NCBI GenBank assembly: GCA_963839015.1
Contig: CAWITL010000010.1
Coordinates: forward strand, 501,466 to 565,465
Direction of reading: 5' to 3'
Source: an uncultured Actinomycetota bacterium
GTDB taxonomy: Bacteria; Actinomycetota; Actinomycetes; Frankiales; Frankiaceae
Length of the DNA stretch: 64,000 bases
Under the pieces are notes generated by a model, which searched no databases, was not told where the DNA came from, and saw nothing but the letters and a program-made list of their open reading frames with translations. The stretch's first letter is position 1, and the number at the start of each line of letters is the position of its first letter. Below are positions 18,206 to 25,749 of this stretch, one piece after another. The position numbers were made by a program, and so were the translations under genes.

Positions 18206-18238
18206 CCGCGCAATCACCGCGCAATCACCGCGCAATCA
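18206..18238. repeat. 11-bp perfect tandem repeat CCGCGCAATCA x3
   Basis: Read directly at 18206-18216, 18217-18227 and 18228-18238. It lies 34-66 bp upstream of the exonuclease ATG on the minus strand. Confidence 0.9.
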
Positions 18239-18251
18239 GTGCGGATCAGTC

Positions 18252-18278
18252 CAGGTCAGCTCAGGTCAGCTCAGGTCG
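18252..18278. repeat. 10-bp tandem repeat CAGGTCAGCT, about 2.7 copies
   Basis: Read directly at 18252-18261 and 18262-18271, with a partial copy at 18272-18278. The MarR-gene stop codon (18266-18268) lies inside the repeat. Confidence 0.9.
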
Positions 18279-18787
18279 GACAGATCCGCAGGCTCGACTT
18301 CGGCGCCGCGGCACGTCGCTCCGGCCCCGTCGTCAGCCGCGGCGATCCGGTCCAGAGCTGCGGCGGACAGCTCATGAAGCTGGGCCACCTGCGCGGGCGC
18401 AAACGCGTCGAAGAAGAGCTTGCGGACCGCAGCGGCATGCGCGGGCGCCGCGGACTCGATCGCCTGCCGTCCGCATGGGGTCAGCACGATGACGGCTCCG
18501 CGCCCGTCCGCCGTGCATTCTTCCCGGCACACGAGGCCGCGGCGTTGCATCCGGCTGAGGTGATGGGACAGGCGGCTCTGCTCCCAGGCAAGATCCCGGA
18601 CCATCTCGAAGGGGCGCATCCGACCCTCCGGAGCCTCGCTGAGCACCACCAGCACCTCGTAATCAGTGAGCGAGAGCTGGGAATCGGTCTGGAGCTGACG
18701 GTTGAGCCGCGCGCTGAGCTCCCGGTGCAGGCCGAGATAGGCGCGCCAGGCGGCCTGCTCCTGCTCGCTGAGCCAGCGGTCATTCAT
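18266..18787 (-). CDS. MarR family transcriptional regulator
   Basis: From the ATG at 18787 the protein reads MNDRWLSEQEQAAWRAYLGLHRELSARLNRQL...LSLTDYEVLVVLSE...RMRPFEMVRDLAWEQSRLSHHLSRMQRRGLV. This is a winged-helix MarR layout. Confidence 0.85.
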   Translation of the reverse strand: MNDRWLSEQEQAAWRAYLGLHRELSARLNRQLQTDSQLSLTDYEVLVVLSEAPEGRMRPFEMVRDLAWEQSRLSHHLSRMQRRGLVCREECTADGRGAVIVLTPCGRQAIESAAPAHAAAVRKLFFDAFAPAQVAQLHELSAAALDRIAAADDGAGATCRGAEVEPADLSDLS

Positions 18788-18808
18788 AACGACCAGACTA
18801 CCGGAATG

Positions 18809-18822
18809 CATGACGCGTCATG
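18809..18822. promoter_or_regulatory. 14-bp perfect palindrome CATGACGCGTCATG in the MarR/YceI divergent intergenic region (candidate MarR operator)
   Basis: Read directly; the sequence is its own reverse complement. It sits 22 bp upstream of the MarR ATG and about 100 bp upstream of the YceI-family gene. Confidence 0.4.
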
Positions 18823-18920
18823 TAAGTTAGAGTCAGATAGTTGAACAATCATCTACCCGCCTTGACCGCACCGGCCGCCCGGCCGACCACCGTCACTCCA
18901 ACGAAAGAGCAGGTCCGCTC

Positions 18921-19481
18921 ATGACCACCAGCACCCCCACCCTCAGCCAGCTCACCGGCACCTACACCATCGACACCGCCCACTCGAGCATCGGCTTCAC
19001 TGCCCGCCACGCGATGGTGACCAAGGTCCGCGGCACCTTCGATGAGTTCGAGGGTTCGGCCGTACTCGACGGCGACAACCCGGCCAATTCCAGCGCCAAG
19101 GTGACCATCAAGGTCCACAGCATCGACACCCGCAACTCCCAGCGCGACGACCACCTGCGCAGCAACGACTTCCTGGCGATGGACGAGTACCCGGAGATCA
19201 CCTTCGTCTCGACGGCCGTCAGCCAGCGCGACGACGCCACCTTTGAGCTCACCGGCGACCTGACCGTCAAGGGCGTCACCAAGTCCGTGACCATCCCCTT
19301 CGAGTACCAGGGCGCAGCGCAGGACCCGTTCGGCAACTCCCGGGTCGGCTTCGAGGGTTCGGTCACGATCAACCGCAAGGACTATGGGGTCAGCTTCAAC
19401 GTCGGCCTCGAGGCCGGCGGCGTACTCGTGAGCGACAAGATCGTGCTCGAGTTCGACATCTCCGCTATCAAGAACGCCTGA
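18921..19481 (+). CDS. YceI family (polyisoprenoid-binding-like) protein
   Basis: YTIDTAHSSIGFTARHAMVTKVRGTFDEFEG and the C-terminal DKIVLEFDISA are typical of YceI-like lipocalin-fold proteins. Confidence 0.85.
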   Translation: MTTSTPTLSQLTGTYTIDTAHSSIGFTARHAMVTKVRGTFDEFEGSAVLDGDNPANSSAKVTIKVHSIDTRNSQRDDHLRSNDFLAMDEYPEITFVSTAVSQRDDATFELTGDLTVKGVTKSVTIPFEYQGAAQDPFGNSRVGFEGSVTINRKDYGVSFNVGLEAGGVLVSDKIVLEFDISAIKNA

Positions 19482-19521
19482 CCTTCGCTCTCACAGATCC
19501 CGCACATTCGCCATTCACAGC

Positions 19522-19558
19522 CCGCGTCGCCGGCCGGCCCATCCGGTCGGCGACGCGG
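19522..19558 (+). terminator. G/C-rich hairpin downstream of the YceI-family gene (candidate intrinsic terminator, no U-tail)
   Basis: Left arm ccgcgtcgccggccgg (19522-19537), loop cccat, right arm ccggtcggcgacgcgg (19543-19558). This is a 16-bp stem with one mismatch. No T-run follows, so terminator function is uncertain. Confidence 0.35.
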
Positions 19559-19604
19559 ACCATGCGAGCAGACCCGCGTGAACCGCTTGTAAGGAGAAAA
19601 GCCC

Positions 19605-20375
19605 GTGGCTACCGAGCTTCTGACTCCCCGCGTTGACATCCGTCCCGCCGCCGAGCGCCCGAAGACGAAGATCGCGTGGCTCGACTCCAAGCACTCGTTC
19701 TCCTTCGGAAGCCACTACGACGCGGGCAACACCCATCACGGGCTGCTGCTGGTCAACAACGACGACCGGGTCGACCCCGGCACGGGCTTCGAGACCCACC
19801 CGCACCGCGACATGGAGATCGTCACCTGGGTGCTGGACGGATCGCTCGTCCATCAGGATTCCACCGGCACGTCCGGCGTCATCTATCCCGGGCTGGCCCA
19901 ACGGATGAGCGCGGGCAAGGGAATCCTGCATTCGGAGAAGAACGATTCTTGGCGCGTCACCGGCGGCGAGAGCCACAGCGACCCGGTCCACTTCGTGCAG
20001 ATGTGGGTCGTGCCGGACGAGGGCGGCCTCACCCCCGGTTACGAGCAACTCGAAATCGACGACGAACTGCTTTCCGGCGGCCTGGTGCCGGTGGCTTCCG
20101 GCATGGCCAAGCACGACGGCGCGGCGGCGATTCGCATCAACAACCGTTACGCCGCGCTCTACGCCGCACGCCTTCAGCCGGGGCAGTCCATTGAGCTTCC
20201 CGAGGCCCCCTACCTGCACCTTTTCGTCGCGCGAGGAGCTGCGGCGCTCGAGGGCGCAGGTGCGCTGGCCGAGGGTGATGCCGTCCGGTTCACCGCCACC
20301 GGCGGTCAGCGCCTGACGGCTACCCAGCCCAGCGAAATCCTGGTCTGGGAGATGCACGCCGGATTGGAAGCCTGA
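19605..20375 (+). CDS. pirin family protein
   Basis: Pirin N-terminal cupin motifs are present: W.DSKHSFSFG, GFETHPHRDMEIVTWVLDGSLVHQDS. GTG start preceded by AAGGAG. Confidence 0.9.
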   Translation: MATELLTPRVDIRPAAERPKTKIAWLDSKHSFSFGSHYDAGNTHHGLLLVNNDDRVDPGTGFETHPHRDMEIVTWVLDGSLVHQDSTGTSGVIYPGLAQRMSAGKGILHSEKNDSWRVTGGESHSDPVHFVQMWVVPDEGGLTPGYEQLEIDDELLSGGLVPVASGMAKHDGAAAIRINNRYAALYAARLQPGQSIELPEAPYLHLFVARGAAALEGAGALAEGDAVRFTATGGQRLTATQPSEILVWEMHAGLEA

Positions 20376-20396
20376 ACCTCTGATCGAGGTTCAGGC
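20370..20396. terminator. perfect 11-bp-stem hairpin between convergent genes (candidate bidirectional terminator)
   Basis: Left arm gcctgaacctc, loop tgatc, right arm gaggttcaggc. The pirin stop (20373-20375) lies in the left arm. The PPOX-gene stop (20391-20393, minus strand) lies in the right arm. Confidence 0.5.
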
Positions 20397-21029
20397 CTGG
20401 TAGAGGTTCGTGCCGTAGCTCGCGCCGTAATAGGCGGCGAGTTGCTCGGGGGAATCCTCCGGGCGCTCGAGCGTGCCTGCGATCACCGGGCGGGCGGGCG
20501 CCGCATCGGGCGTCCAGGATGCCGGATCCCACAATGCCGATCGCAGGAACGCCTTTGAGCAGTGGTAGAAGACCTCGTCGATGTGCACGAGCAGAGCCAG
20601 CCGCGGGCGATGCCCTTTGACGATCATCCGGTCGAAGAAAGCGGCATCGGAGAGTAGGCGTGCCCTGCCGTTGATGCGCAGCGTGTCGCCGCGACCCGGA
20701 ATCAGGAAAATCAGCCCGACGTGCGGGTTTTCCAGCACATTCCGGAAGCCATCGACGCGCCTGTTGCCGGGGCGGTCAGGGATGGCAATCGTGTGGTCGT
20801 CAACCACGAAGGTGAATCCCGGTGGGTCGCCTTTCGGACTCACGTCGCTGCTGCCGTCCGCCGCCGAGGTGGCGATCAGGCAGAAGGGCGACGCGGCAAG
20901 CCATTCCCGGTCGAGCTCATGCAACGCGGGGCGTACCTTCGCGGCGACTCGCGGCAGGGGCTCGCCGACCAGGTCGATGAGTCCTGCCAGATCGCCGACT
21001 TCTGACCAACCCTCGGGTAGCTCGTCCAC
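20391..21029 (-). CDS. pyridoxamine 5'-phosphate oxidase (PPOX)-fold flavoprotein
   Basis: 212 aa. The split-barrel-type core reads SPFCLIATSAADGSSDVSPKGDPPGF...NPHVGLIFLIPGRGDTLRINGRA. The GTG start overlaps the Dyp stop by 1 nt (TAGTG). Confidence 0.75.
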   Translation of the reverse strand: MDELPEGWSEVGDLAGLIDLVGEPLPRVAAKVRPALHELDREWLAASPFCLIATSAADGSSDVSPKGDPPGFTFVVDDHTIAIPDRPGNRRVDGFRNVLENPHVGLIFLIPGRGDTLRINGRARLLSDAAFFDRMIVKGHRPRLALLVHIDEVFYHCSKAFLRSALWDPASWTPDAAPARPVIAGTLERPEDSPEQLAAYYGASYGTNLYQA

Positions 21030-21928
21030 TACTCGTCCTCAGGAGGGACGAATGCCGCCAGCGCCTCCAACGACGGGATCACGTAGTAGCTCCCGCTCAG
21101 CGCTGAGGTGTGCAGCGTCAGGGCGTCCCTGATTCCATCGCCATGGCCGGCCATCCGGCGCAGCATGATGTCCAGCGGATGCTGGGTGGCGCAGAAGCCG
21201 ACGAAGACCGTGCCGTGGTCGGTGGGCCCACCGTAAGCAACGTTGCGGCGATAGATCGCGAGCTCTTCACCGTCCTCCTCGACCACGTTGCGGGAGACGT
21301 GGGAGTCGGGCGGCATGTGCTCCTCATCGAGTTCGATGCTGTCAGCTTTAGTACGCCCGATGATGCGCTCCTGCTGCTCGACGGTCAGCGCCTCCCAACT
21401 TCCGGCGTGCTGCCAGATCTGGTACAGCAGCACGCTCGAGCCGGCGCCGGGGCCCTCGGCGAGCACGGCGACGTCCGGAGCCTCGAGCACGGACGGGTTC
21501 TCGGTGCCGTCGACAAAACCCGTCAGGTCACGCTTGTGCTGATAGAGCCAGCCGCCGATCTCGCTCGCCACTCGCGCCAGTCCCCGCAGTCCGCGTAGTA
21601 CCCCAAGCGTGGAATCAAAGACGGCATCGCGCGAGCCGCCGGCGATCCACAGCCAGACATCATGCTGGGTCGCCGGCATCACGAGCCCGGCACCGGAGAT
21701 CTCTTCGAACGAGCTCACCCCGGCAGGCGCGTCGGCCGGCGCGAGTTCGGCCCACAACTCGGGCCGCACCCCGATGACGACATTGACGCCGGCAACGGAC
21801 GTCTCCGGCCCGCTCAGCGAGGCAAGCGCGGTGACCAGGTCTGCTGGGTCGCTTCCGGCAATGAGGTCCAGCTCGACGAAGGAGTGTTCGGTGGTTCCAA
21901 GGGCGAAGATGCCCGGCTGCGGATACAC
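21029..21928 (-). CDS. Dyp-type peroxidase
   Basis: The conserved distal motif region is RDLTGFVDGTENP, and the proximal region reads RRNVAYGGPTDHGTVFVGF. The start is uncertain. The maximal ORF reaches 22072 but would then overlap the divergent gene starting at 22009, so GTG 21928 or TTG 21979 is more plausible. Confidence 0.75.
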   Translation of the reverse strand: MYPQPGIFALGTTEHSFVELDLIAGSDPADLVTALASLSGPETSVAGVNVVIGVRPELWAELAPADAPAGVSSFEEISGAGLVMPATQHDVWLWIAGGSRDAVFDSTLGVLRGLRGLARVASEIGGWLYQHKRDLTGFVDGTENPSVLEAPDVAVLAEGPGAGSSVLLYQIWQHAGSWEALTVEQQERIIGRTKADSIELDEEHMPPDSHVSRNVVEEDGEELAIYRRNVAYGGPTDHGTVFVGFCATQHPLDIMLRRMAGHGDGIRDALTLHTSALSGSYYVIPSLEALAAFVPPEDE

Positions 21929-22008
21929 CTCCTCAGTCTGGCAAAGATCGGCTTGATCCTGCCTGCAGCAACTGGTCAACCGGGGGTAATCCCTGACACG
22001 ATCAGGAC

Positions 22009-22620
22009 ATGACTGGACCGACGCGTGGTTTCCTCGGCAGGCACCGGGCGGCGCGAGACCCGCGCTTACCACCCGGCCAATACGACACCGGCAACGACTG
22101 GCCGGTGCTGACGGCCGAAGTGACGCCGCATCTGATCCCCGAGGCGTGGACGATGACGGTCGACGGGCAGGTGGAAAACCAGCACACCTGGAGCTGGCAG
22201 GACATGCACGAGCTGCCCCAGTCGGAGTACCAGGGGGATATTCACTGCGTCACGACCTGGTCCAAGCTCGGCACCAGTTTCGGCGGAGTGAGTGTCGACC
22301 TGCTGCTCGAGGGGGCCAAGCCGCTGCCGACCGCCACGCACATCTTGGCTACGTCGACCACCGGCTATACGACGAACCTCCCTCTCGAACACGTCACCGG
22401 GGGCCAGGCCTGGATCGTGTGGACGCACGAGGGCAAGCCGCTCACCCCCGATCACGGAGGGCCGGTACGCCTGCTGGTACCGCACCTCTACTTCTGGAAG
22501 AGCGCGAAGTGGGTCACCCGCATCACCTTGATGGACCACGACGAGCACGGCTTCTGGGAGCGCAACGGCTACCACGACCTCGGCGATCCCTGGCGCGAAC
22601 AGCGCTACCAGGGTGACTGA
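22009..22620 (+). CDS. sulfite-oxidase-fold molybdopterin-dependent oxidoreductase (short, cytoplasmic type)
   Basis: Motifs present are LPPGQYDTGNDWPVLTAEVTP, GDIHCVTTWSK (Mo-ligand Cys region), HGGPVRLLVPHLYFWKSAKWV and FWERNGYH. No signal peptide is visible. Confidence 0.75.
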   Translation: MTGPTRGFLGRHRAARDPRLPPGQYDTGNDWPVLTAEVTPHLIPEAWTMTVDGQVENQHTWSWQDMHELPQSEYQGDIHCVTTWSKLGTSFGGVSVDLLLEGAKPLPTATHILATSTTGYTTNLPLEHVTGGQAWIVWTHEGKPLTPDHGGPVRLLVPHLYFWKSAKWVTRITLMDHDEHGFWERNGYHDLGDPWREQRYQGD

Positions 22621-23359
22621 AAAGGTGACCGAGACCCTGACCGCCCCGGCCCCCGCGGGCGGGCGGCGGCACGCGATCGTGCGCGAGGTCGGCCATCCCA
22701 CTCCGAACGGCGTCATGCTGCGGCTCGAAGTGCCCGATCGCGTCAACCATCTGCCCGGTCAGCACTACGTCATCCGCCTGACGGCCGAGGACGGTTACGT
22801 CGCTCAGCGGTCGTACTCGGTGGCCTCCGCGCCGTCCGACCCGCTGATCGAGCTCTACATCGAACGGCTCGAGGACGGCGAGGTCTCGGGCTACCTGGCC
22901 GAAGTCGTGCAGCCCGGCGACCAGCTCGAGGTGCAGGGGCCGATCGGCGGCTGGTTCGTCTGGCGCGGCGACACCGCCGCGCTCGGGGTCGCCGGCGGCT
23001 CCGGCGTCGTACCGCTGGTGGCGATGCTTCGGCACGCGACGGATCTGGGCCGCACGGACTTGTTACGGCTGGCCGTGTCGGGGCGCACTCGGGCCGAGCT
23101 GCCTTACGCCGACGAGCTGGCAGCTGCTGGAGCCCTCGTCGCACTGACGCGTGAAGACCGTGAGGACGGTGCAGCTCCGGCTGGCGGGCGTCCCCGGGGA
23201 CGGCTCACGGCGGCCGAGCTGGCCCCTGTCGTACGTCCTGAATCCACTTGCTACGTATGCGGTTCCAACTCCTTCGCCGAGGCGGCCAGCGGGTTGCTGG
23301 TCGCGCAAGGCGTGCCGACCGGAATGATCCGGGTGGAGCGGTTCGGCCCGAGCGGCTGA
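22613..23359 (+). CDS. FAD/NAD(P)-binding ferredoxin-reductase-type oxidoreductase (FNR-like)
   Basis: The FAD motif RSYSVAS and the NAD fold GVAGGSGVVPLVAML are present. No Fe-S domain is visible. The GTG start overlaps the upstream gene by 8 nt. Confidence 0.8.
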   Translation: MTEKVTETLTAPAPAGGRRHAIVREVGHPTPNGVMLRLEVPDRVNHLPGQHYVIRLTAEDGYVAQRSYSVASAPSDPLIELYIERLEDGEVSGYLAEVVQPGDQLEVQGPIGGWFVWRGDTAALGVAGGSGVVPLVAMLRHATDLGRTDLLRLAVSGRTRAELPYADELAAAGALVALTREDREDGAAPAGGRPRGRLTAAELAPVVRPESTCYVCGSNSFAEAASGLLVAQGVPTGMIRVERFGPSG

Positions 23360-23369
23360 CGGACCGGGG

Positions 23370-23873
23370 TCAGCTGCTGTGCGGCCCCGGCACCACGAGC
23401 ACGGGCGTGGCATGTTCGCGTAACAGCTTGCGCGATACCGAGCCTCCTTCCGTGAGCCGCCGGTAGAGATTGTGCTCGGTGACGCCCACGACGATGAAGA
23501 GCACCTTGAACTCGACCGCAAGGCTTGCGAGCAAATCGACGGGCTCACCCGTGCCCGCGTGGTAGGTCCAGTCGATGTCAGCGCCCGCGAGCAGCCGGGT
23601 GGCGCCGGCCGCCAGCTCCACGAGGGCGTCCTGTTCGGCCTCCCGCCAATGCGGGGAATCGAGGTCGACCTTGGTGTCGTCCAGACCGACGACGTGCACG
23701 ACATGAAGGTGGGCACCGAGGCGCACGGCGAGATCGGCCGCCAGACGCACCGCTGCCTCGCTCGCCGGATGGCTGTCGTGCCCGACCAGCAGTTGGGCGG
23801 CGTCAGTGCCAGCGGGGCGGCTCTCGCCGCGCATGAGTCGGCTTATCCACTGCGGTTCGGTCATGAGAGTCAC
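23370..23873 (-). CDS. universal stress protein (UspA family)
   Basis: The C-terminal USP motif is FIVVGVTEHN...GSVSRKLLREHATPVLVVP. 167 aa. Confidence 0.8.
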   Translation of the reverse strand: MTLMTEPQWISRLMRGESRPAGTDAAQLLVGHDSHPASEAAVRLAADLAVRLGAHLHVVHVVGLDDTKVDLDSPHWREAEQDALVELAAGATRLLAGADIDWTYHAGTGEPVDLLASLAVEFKVLFIVVGVTEHNLYRRLTEGGSVSRKLLREHATPVLVVPGPHSS

Positions 23874-23934
23874 CCTAGGCGGGCCCCCGTGCGTCTAGAA
23901 CTGACGTGGCCCTGGCGACGCCAGCCAATGACCC

Positions 23935-24246
23935 TCAGACGGAGACGGGCTCGGCAGCCAGTACGGCGGTCAACAAGCCGGGCCAGCGCGATTCGACGTC
24001 TTCAAGGCGCAGCGTCATGACGCGTTCACGTCCGCGCACAACCGTGTGCACGACACCAGCCTCGCGAAGCACTTTCAGATGGTGGGAACGGGTGGACTTA
24101 GGCATGTCCAGTCCGACGGACTGGCAGGTGACCTCGACCTGGGAACCGGCAATCTGTCGAACGATGGCGAGGCGGGCCGGGTCGCTCAGCGCGAACAGCA
24201 GCGCGGGCAGATCGAGGTCCTCGACCGCAGGGTGCTCCAACTCCAT
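23935..24246 (-). CDS. ArsR/SmtB family transcriptional regulator
   Basis: From the ATG at 24246 the protein has FALSDPARLAIVRQI ... STRSHHLKVLREAGVV, a winged HTH. The gene is divergent from an MFS transporter gene. Confidence 0.8.
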   Translation of the reverse strand: MELEHPAVEDLDLPALLFALSDPARLAIVRQIAGSQVEVTCQSVGLDMPKSTRSHHLKVLREAGVVHTVVRGRERVMTLRLEDVESRWPGLLTAVLAAEPVSV

Positions 24247-24351
24247 CACGGGGTGAGCATACGACGATTTCACAGAATGGTTCGACTTCCTTGGAACAAT
24301 CTGATTGACTCGTACCGTTCCACTGTAATCGAACTATCCCGGGAGGTCACC

Positions 24352-25704
24352 ATGGCGAATGCGACGCCGAGCGCCACGCGGGGTCACGACTCCGCCCGGC
24401 GCAAGGTCGGCTTCTGGGTGCTGGCGACGACGCTGATCACCTTCTTCGCGGCCTCGAGCGCCCCGACTCCCCTCTACCTCGTCTACCAGGGCCGCTGGCA
24501 CTTTTCCTCGGTCACGCTGACGCTCATCTTTGCCGTGTACGCCGGGGCGTTGCTGCTCACACTGCTGACGATCGGCGGCCTGTCGGACTTCGTGGGTCGG
24601 CGCCGGGTCCTCGCCGGGGCGTTCGTCCTGCAGCTGGTCACGATGGCGGCTTTCATCTTCGCCGACGGGGTCAGCTGGCTCCTGGTCGCCCGGGCCTTGC
24701 AGGGGGTCGCCACCGGTGCCGCCACAGGCGCGTTGACCGCCGGAATCGCCGACCTGGCGCCGGCAGGCCGGCCGTCACTCGCAGCCGCCGTCAACACCGC
24801 TGCCCCCTCTGCCGGGCTCGCCTTCGGCGCCGTCGTCTCCGGCGCTCTCGTTCAGTACGCCCCAGCGCCCAGAACGCTGGTCTACGTCGGCCTTTTCGTC
24901 CTGTTCGCCTCGCTGCTGGTGGCGCTGCTCGCCGTTCCTGAATCCGTTGTGCGCCGCCCCGGCGCGATCAGCTCGCTGCGCCCCCGCGCAGCCATGCCGC
25001 CGCAGGCCCGCGGCGCATTCGGCGCGGCACTCCCGGTCCTGGTAGCCACCTGGGCCGTCGGTGGCCTCGTCCTGTCACTCGGTCCGTCCCTGGCCGCCAG
25101 CATCTTCGGCATCCACAACCACCTGATCGGCGGGCTCGTCGTGACGGCGGTCGCCGGCGTGGGTGCAATCGGCTCGGTAGTCGTGCGCAGCTCTCCCGCC
25201 GGCCCCACCATGATCCGCGGTGCGCTGGTCCTGGTCCTCGGCGTCAGCCTCTTCCTGATCGGGCTGCAGGCCGAGTCCACGACGCTCTTCTTCCTCGGGC
25301 TCATCTTCAGCGGATGGGGATTCGGCACCTCGTTCCTGGGTGCCTTCGGGTCGGTGGCTGGGCTCGCTACTCCCGTGCAGCGGGCTGAGCTCTTCGCCTC
25401 CCTCTACGCCGTCAGTTACCTGGCCTTCGGCGGCTCCGCAGTCCTGGCCGGGCTGGCAGTCCCGCATTTCGGCTTGCTGCGGACCGCGACCGTCTACGGG
25501 CTTGCGGTGATCATGCTCGCGCTGGTCGCTGCCGGGCTTGGATATCGGCGGGCGATCGCCGGCCGGACCGCCGTCGCCACGGGCAAGACGGCTGAAAGCA
25601 CTGCAGAAAACAGGCCTGCTCGCACCGCAGGAAAGGGTGCTGGCGAGACAGGGGCTGTCGAAGCCGCGGATGTCGCCGAGAGGCTGATCAGCGAGCCCGT
25701 GTAG
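24352..25704 (+). CDS. MFS transporter
   Basis: The ATG at 24352 is preceded by GGGAGG. The 450-aa protein has 12 or more hydrophobic segments and an MFS loop motif (GGLSDFVGRRRVL). The 102 upstream codons of the maximal ORF run antisense through the ArsR gene. Confidence 0.8.
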   Translation: MANATPSATRGHDSARRKVGFWVLATTLITFFAASSAPTPLYLVYQGRWHFSSVTLTLIFAVYAGALLLTLLTIGGLSDFVGRRRVLAGAFVLQLVTMAAFIFADGVSWLLVARALQGVATGAATGALTAGIADLAPAGRPSLAAAVNTAAPSAGLAFGAVVSGALVQYAPAPRTLVYVGLFVLFASLLVALLAVPESVVRRPGAISSLRPRAAMPPQARGAFGAALPVLVATWAVGGLVLSLGPSLAASIFGIHNHLIGGLVVTAVAGVGAIGSVVVRSSPAGPTMIRGALVLVLGVSLFLIGLQAESTTLFFLGLIFSGWGFGTSFLGAFGSVAGLATPVQRAELFASLYAVSYLAFGGSAVLAGLAVPHFGLLRTATVYGLAVIMLALVAAGLGYRRAIAGRTAVATGKTAESTAENRPARTAGKGAGETGAVEAADVAERLISEPV

Positions 25705-25749
25705 AAAGGCTGGCGTGCCTGACCGCCCGGTTGCTACGGACCAGCGCTG

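Noticed and set aside
18206-18278. Possible CRISPR array
   Set aside because: The repeat units are only 10-11 bp and directly abutting, with no spacers. There are no cas genes in the window. I treat them as simple tandem repeats.
17510-18844. 444-aa plus-strand ORF
   Set aside because: It is antisense to the 5'-3' exonuclease and MarR genes. The sequence is Arg-rich and matches no family by eye.
21029-22072. Dyp peroxidase as encapsulin cargo, part of a nanocompartment system
   Set aside because: The C-terminus lacks a recognisable targeting peptide, and no encapsulin shell gene is present nearby.
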